The notes under the pieces were generated by a model that had not been told where the DNA came from, did no database searches, and saw only the letters and a program-made list of their open reading frames with translations. A program made the position numbers and the translations under genes. This document shows positions 32,034 to 42,383 of a stretch of DNA of 64,000 nt, piece after piece. Origin of the DNA: Hydrogenimonas sp. (GTDB lineage Bacteria > Campylobacterota > Campylobacteria > Campylobacterales > Hydrogenimonadaceae). Location of the stretch: assembly GCA_003978765.1 (NCBI GenBank), contig QNYO01000025.1:7303-71302 (forward strand), written 5' to 3'. The stretch's first letter is position 1, and every line of letters begins with the position of its first letter.

Positions 32034-33434
32034 TTACGCCTCTAACGTTGCCTCTTTCTCTTTAAGCCACTCACTCACCTTTTCGATCTGCTCAACTGTG
32101 CGTTGGGTCGATGTTCCCCCTTCAGAGCTTCGGGCATTCATCGAGTGGCGAATCGAAAGGTACTCTGTGACATCATCGCCGATACGGTTATCAATCCCTT
32201 GCAACGCTTCGGCTGAGAGTTCACTAAGATCGCACCCTTTCTGCTCTGCAAGTGCCACAGCACGCCCTGTAATAAAGTGTGCCTCTCTAAAAGGAATCCC
32301 ACACTTTTCAACCAGATAGTCAGCCAAATCGGTCGCACTCAAGTGACCAATCATACACGCCTCTTCCATCCGCTCTTTGTTGACATGCATCGTTTTGATC
32401 ACTTCTGTTAAAATGGTTAAAGAGATCTCTGCTGTCTCAACACTATCAAATGTTCCCTCTTTATCCTCTTGCATATCTTTGTTGTATGCTAGTGGTAACC
32501 CCTTCATCACCGTAAGCAGTGAGATGAGATTGCCATAGGTGCGTCCTGTTTTACCACGTAGAAGCTCTGGAACGTCTGGATTCTTCTTCTGTGGCATGAT
32601 CGAACTACCTGTTGAGTAGGCGTCGCTAAGTGTCACAAAGCCAAACTCTGAACTTGACCAGATAATTAACTCTTCCGAAAGGCGAGAGATATGCATCATC
32701 ATTGTTGCAATATTAAAGAGCATCTCAAGTGCAAAGTCACGATCACTAACGGTATCAAGACAGTTCAGTGTCGGTTCATCAAATCCCAATGTTTTGGCTG
32801 TCAGTTGACGATCGATTGGATGAGGGGTTCCTGCAAGTGCCGCACAGCCGATGGGTGAAAGGTTGTTGCGTTTAAAGCTACTCTCAAAGCGTTCAAAGTC
32901 ACGCTTAAGCATTGATGCATAGGCCATCATATGGTACCCAAAGTTAATCGGTTGCGCATGTTGCAAGTGGGTCATACCTGGCAGCATCGTCTCACTATGC
33001 TCTTTGGCGACACTCACCAGTGCATCAATCAAACGCAAAATGAGTTGACGAATCATCTCATTATGTGCCTGTACATAGAGTCTAAAGTCGAGTGCTACCT
33101 GATCGTTTCGACTTCGGGCAGTATGAAGCTTTTTACCAGCATCTCCAATAATCTGTGTCAAACGCTTCTCAACTGCCATATGGATATCTTCATCCGAGAT
33201 ATCAAAAACAAACTCACCCGCTTCAATCTCTTGGCGTACCTGTTCAAGACCTTTGACAATATCTTCATACTCTTGTGTTGTCAAAATCCCTTGCTGATGA
33301 AGCATCTTGGCATGCGCCATAGAGCCTAAAATATCGTACTGATAAAGCTTTTTATCAAAATTCAAAGAGGCATTGAACTCATCAAGCAGACTTGATGCAT
33401 TTTCGCTAAAGCGCCCCGACCATAATTTTCCCAT
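32034..33434 (-). CDS. argH: Argininosuccinate lyase
   Basis: [27 protein letters not shown]. Confidence 0.97.
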   Translation of the reverse strand: MGKLWSGRFSENASSLLDEFNASLNFDKKLYQYDILGSMAHAKMLHQQGILTTQEYEDIVKGLEQVRQEIEAGEFVFDISDEDIHMAVEKRLTQIIGDAGKKLHTARSRNDQVALDFRLYVQAHNEMIRQLILRLIDALVSVAKEHSETMLPGMTHLQHAQPINFGYHMMAYASMLKRDFERFESSFKRNNLSPIGCAALAGTPHPIDRQLTAKTLGFDEPTLNCLDTVSDRDFALEMLFNIATMMMHISRLSEELIIWSSSEFGFVTLSDAYSTGSSIMPQKKNPDVPELLRGKTGRTYGNLISLLTVMKGLPLAYNKDMQEDKEGTFDSVETAEISLTILTEVIKTMHVNKERMEEACMIGHLSATDLADYLVEKCGIPFREAHFITGRAVALAEQKGCDLSELSAEALQGIDNRIGDDVTEYLSIRHSMNARSSEGGTSTQRTVEQIEKVSEWLKEKEATLEA

Positions 33435-33489
33435 GTAAAACTCCTAAAATAAGTTTGGTATTGTAACGAATTTCTTGATTCTTTTTAGC

Positions 33490-34683
33490 CTACTTACATT
33501 GTAGTCGCTCTACACATCCATACACACTCTGTCCATGATATGGAGAGGTTGGATCCTCAATGACTGCTTCTTTATTGGGATCAAAAAGGATCAAATCGGC
33601 ATCATAGCCAACCACCACTTTTCCTTTACGATCACCCAACCCAACTGCTTCAGCTGAATAGAGGGCTGTCAATTTTGAGAGTTGTAGTAGATCGATAACC
33701 CCCTCTTTGACCAAAGAGGTATAACAGAGTGGTAAAAAGTTGTGCAATCCATCAATCCCATACTCCGCTTCAGCAAAAACGGCATCTTTCGCACTGCTTG
33801 ATACCGGTGTATGCAGTGCTGTTAACATCGCAATATCCCCTGATTGCAGAGCTTGAAGAAGAAGTTGGCGGGATGACTCATCGCGAAGTGGTGGCCAGAT
33901 TTTACCCGTTGTGTTGTAGTTATCGCATGCCTGATCGGTCAAAAGAAGATGGTGTAAAGAGACCTGTGCATACAGATAAGGGTTCTCTTTACAAATTTTC
34001 AATGTCTGCGGTGTTGAAGCAGACAAAATCACCACATCAACTTCATAACAGGCAGCCAACTCACCAATCCGAGCCACTTGAGAGGATTCAGCCACAGATG
34101 GTACCCCACCCAGACCAAGCCGACTTGAAACCTCCCCTTCATGCATCACACCCTCACCCTGCAGTGCTGGATCATTGGCGTGACAGAAGAGTTTAACACC
34201 ATGCATACGGGCATACTCCATCAAACGGCGAATCAAGTTTCCATCGATACTGCTGTGAAACTCGATGCCAACAGCCCCCTCTTTAATCAAAATCGAAACA
34301 TCACTGAGTGTTCCCTTCTCAGTCAGACCCGATAGAAGCATAAAGATCTCTATATCATCACAAAGTTCTGCTTGCGATTTGGCAAACTCCAAGGTGATCT
34401 CATCATCGATACATGGATGAGAGAGTGATGAGATGACCACCGTACCAAACCCGTTGGTATGGGCACTCTTTGAAAGCTTCTCAAGTGTACCACCACGTAA
34501 CTTCTGATCCATCACCCCTACACCAATATCTACCATGGCAGGAAGCAGATATGCCCCTTTTGCATCGATCATATCGGTGCTATTCAAGCCTGTTCCAAGT
34601 TCGGCAATTTTGCCATCTTCTATTCGAACATCAATCGGTTCGATACCTTCAGGGGTCACAACCTTTGCATTTGTAATGACCAT
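33490..34683 (-). CDS. Dihydroorotase-like amidohydrolase (probably inactive PyrC' type)
   Basis: K..PPLR, DADLILFD; lacks the N-terminal HxH metal ligands (PAMVDIGV). Confidence 0.8.
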   Translation of the reverse strand: MVITNAKVVTPEGIEPIDVRIEDGKIAELGTGLNSTDMIDAKGAYLLPAMVDIGVGVMDQKLRGGTLEKLSKSAHTNGFGTVVISSLSHPCIDDEITLEFAKSQAELCDDIEIFMLLSGLTEKGTLSDVSILIKEGAVGIEFHSSIDGNLIRRLMEYARMHGVKLFCHANDPALQGEGVMHEGEVSSRLGLGGVPSVAESSQVARIGELAACYEVDVVILSASTPQTLKICKENPYLYAQVSLHHLLLTDQACDNYNTTGKIWPPLRDESSRQLLLQALQSGDIAMLTALHTPVSSSAKDAVFAEAEYGIDGLHNFLPLCYTSLVKEGVIDLLQLSKLTALYSAEAVGLGDRKGKVVVGYDADLILFDPNKEAVIEDPTSPYHGQSVYGCVERLQCK

Positions 34684-34737
34684 GCCGTTCCTTTTTTTGA
34701 TAAAATTATAGGATACTGGAGTTGAAAGAGAGGGAAA

Positions 34738-35088
34738 ATGGGACGACTTTTATCGATTTTTCTCCCTTTAATCATCTATGCAGGGAGTCCAAAGGGTGAA
34801 ACCATCTATATCACCAAAGGGTGTTACGGCTGTCATGGAACAAAAGGAGAAGGGATTGGTGACTATCCAAAGCTTGCAGGAAAACCTGCAAAGGCTTTGA
34901 TTGAGAAGCTCCATCGCCTGCAACGTGGCATTGGAGAGACAAGCAAACGCAATTTAATGATCCCTTTTGCCAAAGATTTAAGTGAAGCAGAGATTCAAGC
35001 AGTAAGCCACTATCTGAGTCAGATCAATCAAAATAGGAGCAAAGAGCCAGAGGTTGCTGATGAGTATCTTGGAGGGTTTGGTTCTTAG
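34738..35088 (+). CDS. Monoheme c-type cytochrome (c553-like)
   Basis: Signal peptide, CYGCHG, YPKLAG, distal Met. Confidence 0.9.
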   Translation: MGRLLSIFLPLIIYAGSPKGETIYITKGCYGCHGTKGEGIGDYPKLAGKPAKALIEKLHRLQRGIGETSKRNLMIPFAKDLSEAEIQAVSHYLSQINQNRSKEPEVADEYLGGFGS

Positions 35089-36731
35089 AGTAGGATCCCA
35101 TCCAGAGGCTCTGGTTTATGGATAAAGTAGCCCTGTGCAAAATCGATACCGATCTCATGAAGTTTATTCAAAATCGCTTCATCCTCAACATACTCTGCTA
35201 TCGTCTTAAGACCCATGGTATGACCGATCTGATTGATTGAGTTCACCATCGCATAGGAGATAGGGTCATGCACAATATCCTTCACAAAGATACCATCAAT
35301 TTTTAGATAATCGACCGACATATTTTTCAAATAGGCAAATGAGGAGAGCCCCGATCCAAAATCATCTAATGAGAATCGAAACCCCTTCTCTTTTAACCGA
35401 TGGATCAAAGCGTTGGTTGTATCAAGATGCTCAATGGCTGCTGTCTCTGTAATCTCAAAACAGATTTGATAAGGGTCGATGGGATAGGTTTGAAGGAGCC
35501 TTTCAACATACTCTACAAACGTTGGATCCGAAACCGTCTGTCCAGAGAGGTTAATCGCATAACGGTGTCCACTCAAAATCTTTTTAAAGATCTCTTGTAG
35601 TACCCAACGATCAATCAGTGGCATTAAACCATAACGCTCAGCTGGAGGAATAAAGGCACTTGGTGGGATGATAGTACCATCTTCTGCTGTAAGTCGAATC
35701 AAGATCTCATAGTGAGATTGTTCACTCTGTTCATCGAGTGGTTCAATCTTTTGACCATAGAGTATAAAATCGTTGGAGGCTAAAGCATCTTTAATTTTTG
35801 CAATCCACTCAATCTCTTGAATATGGCTCTTTAACTCCCCCTTTTTCTCATCAATCACATGAATACGGTTGCGTCCACTCTTCTTGGCAATTTGACAGGC
35901 ACGATCGGCCGCACTCATAATCACTCGTACACTCTCTTCTCGCCCTGTAATAGGTGCAATACCTGCTGATAAGGTGATATTAAATGTGTGGTGTTGGTAA
36001 GAGAAACTTAACGCCTCAACCCCCTGACGTATCTTCTCAGCAACTGAAACAGCCTCTTTGATCGTACACTTTTCCAACAAAACGGTAAACTCATCGCCCC
36101 CAAACCGTGCCACAATATCTTGCTCTCGTGCATGCCCTTTTAAGATCGTGGCAACACGTTTTAAAAGGGCATCACCCGCCATATGACCTCCAATATCATT
36201 GACAGGTTTGACATGATCAAGATCGATAAAGATGACAGCAGCAGAGATATCCTGAGATTTTCCTTTCTCAACCAGAAGCTCTACCCGTTTTTCAAACTGT
36301 TTGCGATTCATCAGTTGGGTTAGGTCATCATAGGTTGCATGTCGTAGCAGTTCACGCTCTAAGTGCGCCTGCTTGGTTATATTTTCAATAATCACCAATG
36401 TACCATGAAGCATCGATCGAAATCGTATATTGAGCACACAATCATTAAACTTGATATTGGTCAGATCAAGATGTCGCTCCATCTTGTGATGTATGAACTT
36501 TTCAAACCGTTCCGCTAAATCTTCAACCTTAGAGAAGATGGTACGGTAGGGTTGATCAACCATTTGACTTGGCTTCATATCGTCAAAACCAAGTAGCTCC
36601 AATGCTATGGCATTGATAATCGTAACCTCCAAATCATTGGAGAGTGTCAAAATACCAAAGGGAGCATTACCAACAATACCCATCAGTGATTCCCTTAAGT
36701 TAGAGGTTTGACCTCGCTTCTCTTTCATCAT
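35085..36731 (-). CDS. PAS-GGDEF-EAL diguanylate cyclase/phosphodiesterase
   Basis: RxxD I-site plus GGDEF; EILIR, EITET, DDFGSG, KIDG, AEYVE, QGY. Confidence 0.94.
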   Translation of the reverse strand: MMKEKRGQTSNLRESLMGIVGNAPFGILTLSNDLEVTIINAIALELLGFDDMKPSQMVDQPYRTIFSKVEDLAERFEKFIHHKMERHLDLTNIKFNDCVLNIRFRSMLHGTLVIIENITKQAHLERELLRHATYDDLTQLMNRKQFEKRVELLVEKGKSQDISAAVIFIDLDHVKPVNDIGGHMAGDALLKRVATILKGHAREQDIVARFGGDEFTVLLEKCTIKEAVSVAEKIRQGVEALSFSYQHHTFNITLSAGIAPITGREESVRVIMSAADRACQIAKKSGRNRIHVIDEKKGELKSHIQEIEWIAKIKDALASNDFILYGQKIEPLDEQSEQSHYEILIRLTAEDGTIIPPSAFIPPAERYGLMPLIDRWVLQEIFKKILSGHRYAINLSGQTVSDPTFVEYVERLLQTYPIDPYQICFEITETAAIEHLDTTNALIHRLKEKGFRFSLDDFGSGLSSFAYLKNMSVDYLKIDGIFVKDIVHDPISYAMVNSINQIGHTMGLKTIAEYVEDEAILNKLHEIGIDFAQGYFIHKPEPLDGILL

Positions 36732-37733
36732 CTATCCCTTCACTATAATCACTGTTGCATCATCATCACTCTGAGCATATTGATTAAAGAGATCAACAGC
36801 AATCGATTGTGCGGTGGCTTGAAAATCATAAAAAGTGTGGAAATTATTATTAACAATGCCATCGGTATGTAAAATAATCATAAAATGGTCAGGTTTACTG
36901 TATCGTGTCATCAAAATCTTCTTCGGAAGAGCCCATGCAAGACGACCATTTTGCATCGGAAAGCTTAAATGAGACTCTCTGTTGCTATGCACACCGATAT
37001 GTCCAATCCCACTAAATTCTGCATAGGTTGATGTAATCCGTAACAAACCCAACTCAACACCTCGACCACTATGGATTTTCCGTAAAAAGGTATCACACTT
37101 ATGGAGAATTTGATCAAGTGGGAGTTTATAGTTTTCAGCGATAATATTCTTTGTCTGCTGTGTTGCCTCTTGTGCCTTAGCTCCATGACCTGCACCATCT
37201 AAAATGGCAATTAAAACCTTATCTCCTTCATACTTCTTAATCAAATATCCATCACCATTTAAGAGTTCTCGTGTATCGGGAAATGATACAACCCCTATAT
37301 CAAGATAGTTATCTGGAACAGGGAGATACTTAATCAAACGTATGGTGGTTCCATCATCACTATTGTGATCAAAGATCATCTCATCAACCAGCCGTGCTGC
37401 AGCCCCAAATCCGATACCAAGGCTATCAATCGTTGTACTATAACCATCTTGCATCACTAAAGAGAGATCTTTAATTCCCTTGCCATGATCTTTAATCGTA
37501 ACCTCCAACCCTTTACTATTAAGAGTGGGTTGTATAGAGACTCTACCACCATGGGCATAGCGCAATGCATTGGTAGAGATTTCAGAGACAGCCAGTGAGA
37601 TGAGTGTACTATCGTAAGGGGTAAAACCAAACTTTTCAGCACACGCCTTTACATTCTCAACAATAATATAGAGATCCACCTCATCTTGAATCTCCCATGC
37701 TAAGGTGTGACACGATTGGGTTGAGATATACAT
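36732..37733 (-). CDS. RsbT-like anti-sigma/switch kinase fused to RsbX-like PP2C phosphatase
   Basis: VSEISTNALRYA, DHGKGI, DGYST, LGIG; C-terminal NGD, DGAGHG, HTDG, DDATV. Confidence 0.88.
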   Translation of the reverse strand: MYISTQSCHTLAWEIQDEVDLYIIVENVKACAEKFGFTPYDSTLISLAVSEISTNALRYAHGGRVSIQPTLNSKGLEVTIKDHGKGIKDLSLVMQDGYSTTIDSLGIGFGAAARLVDEMIFDHNSDDGTTIRLIKYLPVPDNYLDIGVVSFPDTRELLNGDGYLIKKYEGDKVLIAILDGAGHGAKAQEATQQTKNIIAENYKLPLDQILHKCDTFLRKIHSGRGVELGLLRITSTYAEFSGIGHIGVHSNRESHLSFPMQNGRLAWALPKKILMTRYSKPDHFMIILHTDGIVNNNFHTFYDFQATAQSIAVDLFNQYAQSDDDATVIIVKG

Positions 37734-37736
37734 AGG

Positions 37737-38159
37737 TTACTTTTTAACAAGCTCTAAACCTGATAACTCATAACACAACTTTAATGCACTCTTCAGATTC
37801 GCGACAGTTTTCATATGACCCATTGAGACACCACTTGCTACCATTGTACGTGCCAACATGCCGTGAATACCACAAAAGATCGGCTGAACACCAATCAAAC
37901 TAAGAACATCACCCAAACGGAGTAAGTGTGTGGCAACAGCTGAATCAATCGCTTCCACATTACCTAAATCGATGATAATATACTCAAACTGTTGGGCCTC
38001 ACATGCTAGTGTAATCTTATCTGCAATCTCTGCCACACGCGTTGAGTCGAGTGATCCAAAAAAACCGCTATAGAGACAGTTATCTGTAATCTCTGTCGTG
38101 ATCAATGGTGTCTCAACACTAATCTGTTTTCTACTAATTGCTACTTTATCTATTCCCAT
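37737..38159 (-). CDS. STAS domain protein, RsbR/RsbS (stressosome) type
   Basis: GSLDS.R, IIDL..V..IDS.VA.HL, CGI motifs; start after AAAGGAG. Confidence 0.85.
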   Translation of the reverse strand: MGIDKVAISRKQISVETPLITTEITDNCLYSGFFGSLDSTRVAEIADKITLACEAQQFEYIIIDLGNVEAIDSAVATHLLRLGDVLSLIGVQPIFCGIHGMLARTMVASGVSMGHMKTVANLKSALKLCYELSGLELVKK

Positions 38160-38277
38160 AATTTTCTCCTTTAAGTAATAACATACCTTAACTCTACCAT
38201 AGGTCACTCTACTTTATGCTGAACTTCTTGAACCAATTCCTTATCAAGACTTTAGAAGAAATCGCACCTATAGAGGA

Positions 38278-39207
38278 TTATAATGGAGTTGTTGAAGTCG
38301 TAGTCAAAGAGACAATTTTGTCTAAAATATCGGATCGTAGATGCAGTTCAAGCTTCAAATATGCCATAGGCAATCCAAACTTCTCCAACTTCACACCATC
38401 TTTTTCGGTCGTCAAAATCTTTTGCACCCCCACCTTTTGCATCGCTTTTTCAATCTCTTTTTGATCAAACCAAGCATGATCGGGAAGGATATAGCGTGCT
38501 TTAACCAACCCTTTGGGCAGATAGGGTTCAAGTCGCTCTGGATTGGCAATCGCTGTGACAAGAAGTAGAGGCTCATCACACCCCTCACACGTTACAATAC
38601 GCTCAAAATCTTCTCCCTCTCTTAAAATAAGATCTGCATAACGCTTTGTCCAGGGAAACTCTCTAAAGGGTCCAGAGGGAAGTGGCAGAGGGTTTAGTAT
38701 CTGTTGCGGATAAAGAAGTATCTCAAACTTTTTGATCCCTACCTTGCTAAATCCATCATCCAAAAAGATACTATGGGCTCCTATTGCTTTTGCCTTGTAA
38801 ATCGCTTCGATACGATCTTCAGAGACAATCACCGTAGCATGAGGAAGTGCACGTGCCAAAAGCATCGCCTCATCACCGCTCTGTTCAACATCGCTCAAAA
38901 TCTCTCCCCAAAGACTTACAACAATCAAACCACGACTCTTTCGACCATACCCACGCAAAATAATGGCTGGTTTCTCAACCTGCTTGGCAAGAGTGATTGT
39001 CATCGGTGTTTTGCCACTCCCACCAACAAGGAGATTCCCAATACTGATGATGGGAATACCAAAATCTTTTGGTTGGGCAACACATCGGCGTATCCACATA
39101 ATTACGGCATAAAGTGTGGCTAAGGGTAACAGTAGTAGAGCAACCGGCCAATGGTACCATCTTGGCCGGTAGAAGAGATCTTCAAAAAAAGAGACAAGCA
39201 GACGCAT
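38278..39207 (-). CDS. lpxK: Tetraacyldisaccharide 4'-kinase
   Basis: IGNL..GGSGKTP, RGYG, GDEA, LDDGF, TTEKD. Confidence 0.95.
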   Translation of the reverse strand: MRLLVSFFEDLFYRPRWYHWPVALLLLPLATLYAVIMWIRRCVAQPKDFGIPIISIGNLLVGGSGKTPMTITLAKQVEKPAIILRGYGRKSRGLIVVSLWGEILSDVEQSGDEAMLLARALPHATVIVSEDRIEAIYKAKAIGAHSIFLDDGFSKVGIKKFEILLYPQQILNPLPLPSGPFREFPWTKRYADLILREGEDFERIVTCEGCDEPLLLVTAIANPERLEPYLPKGLVKARYILPDHAWFDQKEIEKAMQKVGVQKILTTEKDGVKLEKFGLPMAYLKLELHLRSDILDKIVSLTTTSTTPL

Positions 39208-40343
39208 TAAATATGTTCAGCAGCAACCTCTTTGACCATATTACAGATATACTCAACATCACTATCGCTCATATTGTGGTAAATTGGAAGCGAAAGGACT
39301 TGCTGATAGGTCTGCAACGCTTGCTGGAAGTCATTGACCCGTAGGCTATATTTCTGTTTGTAGTAACTCATCAAATGGAGAGGAATATAGTGCAACCCTG
39401 TATGAATACCACGCTCTTTCAATGCACGTGCAAAACCGTCACGGTTACGATCGATACGAATAATATAGAGTTGATAGATATGGTCGCGCTTCTTCACAGG
39501 CAGTGTCACATGGTTGACACCCGCAAGCTCTTCATCATAGATCTTTGCAATCTCTTGACGACGTGCAATCATCTTATCAACACGCTGATATTGTGCCAAT
39601 GCATAGGCAGCATCAAGAACACTAATATCATATTTACATCCAATATCCACTACATCATACATATACTCAAGGTTGCCATAACGATCCCAACCACTCGATT
39701 GAATCGCATGGTTACGAAGAAGGACTGCACGCTCATAAAGGGTCTCATCTTCACACAGAAGCATCCCTGCATTGGCGATAGAGTGTTTCATATGCGGTGA
39801 GAAGCTAAAACAGGTAATATCGGCACCTGTGGCACCAATCGGTTGCCCCTTATAGGTTCCACCGAGTGCATCACTCGCATCTTCAACAATCTTAATATCA
39901 TAATGGTTAGCAATCTCATAGAGTCGATCAAGGTCGGTTGGTTGACCAGCCACATGGTTAATAATGGCACCTTTAAGCTTTTTAGACTTATTGGCTTCCA
40001 AAACCTTCTCTAAAGCATCCAAATCGATATTGAAATCTTCACTATCAATATCAACAAAGATCGGTTCAGCATCAAAGTGACGGACAACCTCTGGAACTGA
40101 TGGGAATGAGTTCACTGAGCAGATAATCTTATCGCCGCGTTTAAGATCCATCGCACACATAGCAAGATGGAGTGCTGATGTTCCACTGTTGGTTGAAACG
40201 GCATAGGTTGCACCTGTCTTTTTAAGAAAGGCATTTTCAAGATCTTCAATTTTTGAGGCACCTTCAAGATCAAGGACTTCTGCGATCTGTTGTCGCTCTG
40301 CTTCCGTAATATCTGGTTTAAAGAAAGGGGTCTCACGTGCCAT
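39207..40343 (-). CDS. DegT/DnrJ/EryC1/StrS family aminotransferase
   Basis: NSGTSALHLA, VEDAS, LSLPIY. Confidence 0.9.
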   Translation of the reverse strand: MARETPFFKPDITEAERQQIAEVLDLEGASKIEDLENAFLKKTGATYAVSTNSGTSALHLAMCAMDLKRGDKIICSVNSFPSVPEVVRHFDAEPIFVDIDSEDFNIDLDALEKVLEANKSKKLKGAIINHVAGQPTDLDRLYEIANHYDIKIVEDASDALGGTYKGQPIGATGADITCFSFSPHMKHSIANAGMLLCEDETLYERAVLLRNHAIQSSGWDRYGNLEYMYDVVDIGCKYDISVLDAAYALAQYQRVDKMIARRQEIAKIYDEELAGVNHVTLPVKKRDHIYQLYIIRIDRNRDGFARALKERGIHTGLHYIPLHLMSYYKQKYSLRVNDFQQALQTYQQVLSLPIYHNMSDSDVEYICNMVKEVAAEHI

Positions 40344-40438
40344 ATCTATGCTCCTGTGAAAAAATATTGGTTACATAATACTGAAACTACTATTAATTCA
40401 AGCTTTTATATATAGTTAAGATTCATAAGGTCAGTAAA

Positions 40439-41257
40439 CTATTCGCATTTTTTTGCCCCCATACGCTTCAACTCATCACAGGCAAAACCAGCAGCACGCC
40501 GTGCTTCAACATTGAGTTGTAACCTCTTCTTCTCCAAACCGGGGTAATATTTCTCAATAATTTCAAAGTAGATGGAGGGATCGAGCCCTTTTTGTTCACA
40601 ACCATACTTAAACCACTTATCCCCTTTAAAGACGTGACTGACCTCTTCTTTTAAGATAATCTCCAAGGCTTCAATGATCGATGTGATCATTGGTGTAATT
40701 GGATAGCTTTGTAGTTTTTGAATAATTTTGGGGTTGGCATCAAGACCATTGGCTTCAAGATAGCGTGGTACTACTGCCATGCGTTCAACCAAATCGTGAC
40801 CACTCTTTTGACCTGCTTCAAAGAGTGCGGTATGGACAGGATAATCACCATAGGCAATACCAACCTGACGCATCAATCGATCCAGCATCTGAAAATGGCG
40901 TACCTCATCATGGGCAACTTCAATCCAATCGAAGTAATATTCAAAGGGCAGATGCCTAAAACGGTAAGCAGAATCGAGTGCTAAATCGATGGCACTATAT
41001 TCGATATGAGCGACAGCATGGAGTAAAACCCCTTGTCCCTCTTTGGTATCAAAATGTTTGCGTTTTGGGACATCTTTAGGACGCACGATCGTAACAATAG
41101 GTGCATACGAAGGGGTTTCTATCCTCTCTATAGGAGCATCATGCTCAAATGTAAGCTCTTTTCGGCTCAACTTTGTGTACAATTGCTCAACCAAATCCCC
41201 TTTTTTAAAAGGGTCGCTTTCGCGTATTGTGCGTAGTGTTTCACTAAAAAATTCCAT
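40439..41257 (-). CDS. Ferritin-like domain protein (DUF455)
   Basis: LHAVAHIEYSAIDLALD, DE.RHF, EANGLD, EE..HV..G..W. Confidence 0.88.
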   Translation of the reverse strand: MEFFSETLRTIRESDPFKKGDLVEQLYTKLSRKELTFEHDAPIERIETPSYAPIVTIVRPKDVPKRKHFDTKEGQGVLLHAVAHIEYSAIDLALDSAYRFRHLPFEYYFDWIEVAHDEVRHFQMLDRLMRQVGIAYGDYPVHTALFEAGQKSGHDLVERMAVVPRYLEANGLDANPKIIQKLQSYPITPMITSIIEALEIILKEEVSHVFKGDKWFKYGCEQKGLDPSIYFEIIEKYYPGLEKKRLQLNVEARRAAGFACDELKRMGAKKCE

Positions 41258-41271
41258 GGGGAGATTATACC

Positions 41272-41865
41272 ATGCAAATAGAAGTTCAACCGATGGGTCC
41301 ATACCAAACAAACTGCTATATTGTTACCATCGATCACAAAGATTTTATTATTGACCCAGGTGTTGATGCCCTCTCATGGGTGTTAGACCATGTCAAGAAT
41401 CCCGTTGCGATTCTCAATACCCATGGTCATTTCGATCATGTCTGGAGTAATCAAGCGGTAAAAGAGGCACTCAATATTCCCATCTACTGTCCTGAAGGTG
41501 ATGTTTTTATGCTTCAAAATGACCCGTTTCAACAAGGCACGCCTCCAAGTCATGTCGATGTAAGTGTACAACCTGACGAAGTGGTAACCATCGAAGATAT
41601 CAAGATAAAATTCCTACACTTTCCTGGTCACACACCTGGATGTAGTGCCATTGAGATTGGAGAAAATTGGTTCTGTGGCGACTTTCTCTTTAGAGGCTCC
41701 ATCGGTCGTGTGGACTTCCCCTACTCCAATCCTCAAGCAATGAAAAAGAGTCTTGAAAAGGCGATGGCCTATACCAAAGCGGTTACTCTCTACCCTGGTC
41801 ATGGTCCAAGTACCACCTTAGAGGCTGAGAAGCGTAATATCCCTTACTGGCTAAGAGCCCTTTAA
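41272..41865 (+). CDS. MBL-fold metallo-hydrolase (glyoxalase II-like)
   Basis: THGHFDH, PGHTPG, GD.LF, PGHG. Confidence 0.92.
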   Translation: MQIEVQPMGPYQTNCYIVTIDHKDFIIDPGVDALSWVLDHVKNPVAILNTHGHFDHVWSNQAVKEALNIPIYCPEGDVFMLQNDPFQQGTPPSHVDVSVQPDEVVTIEDIKIKFLHFPGHTPGCSAIEIGENWFCGDFLFRGSIGRVDFPYSNPQAMKKSLEKAMAYTKAVTLYPGHGPSTTLEAEKRNIPYWLRAL

Positions 41866-41874
41866 AAAGAGGAG

Positions 41875-42378
41875 TTACTCCTCTTTCTCTTGTTGCTCTT
41901 TTTCTTTAAGAAGTTTCAATTCGAGAACATGGGCATCTAAAATTACCGTTAAAAAATGACCCTCAAAGACTTTAATCTCTTCAAACTTACCCACCACATG
42001 CACTTGACGCTTTCGCCCCTCTTGAGTCAATGCTCTGGCTTCAAAGATAATACGCTCTCCTACTTTAACCGGTGAGAGGAAGCGACACTCACTATTGACC
42101 AAGACAACATTGGGATCATTAATAGCAGCCATCGCAGCAAAATCGGCTGCACCAAAGGTAAACCCTCCATGCACCAGTCCCATATCATCCACACTCATCT
42201 CTTGAACCGTATCAAGTGCCACTTTGGCATATCCAACATCAAGCTCAAGGAGCACTCCACACAGCGTGTGATTGATACTCTGATGGGTAGCAAGTTTAAC
42301 CTGTTCAAACTCCGTATCAGAGGTCTCATCTTCCATATCTACTCTCTCTTCCATCTCAAGCTCTTCTTGACGCATCAT
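41875..42378 (-). CDS. PaaI family hotdog-fold thioesterase
   Basis: GLVHGGF..AAD, FLSPVKVG. Confidence 0.85.
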   Translation of the reverse strand: MMRQEELEMEERVDMEDETSDTEFEQVKLATHQSINHTLCGVLLELDVGYAKVALDTVQEMSVDDMGLVHGGFTFGAADFAAMAAINDPNVVLVNSECRFLSPVKVGERIIFEARALTQEGRKRQVHVVGKFEEIKVFEGHFLTVILDAHVLELKLLKEKEQQEKEE

Positions 42379-42383
42379 ATCCC

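Noticed and set aside
38216-38464. 82-aa + strand ORF and the many other short antisense or nested ORFs in the track
   Set aside because: They overlap well-supported genes, and have no recognisable motifs or RBS.
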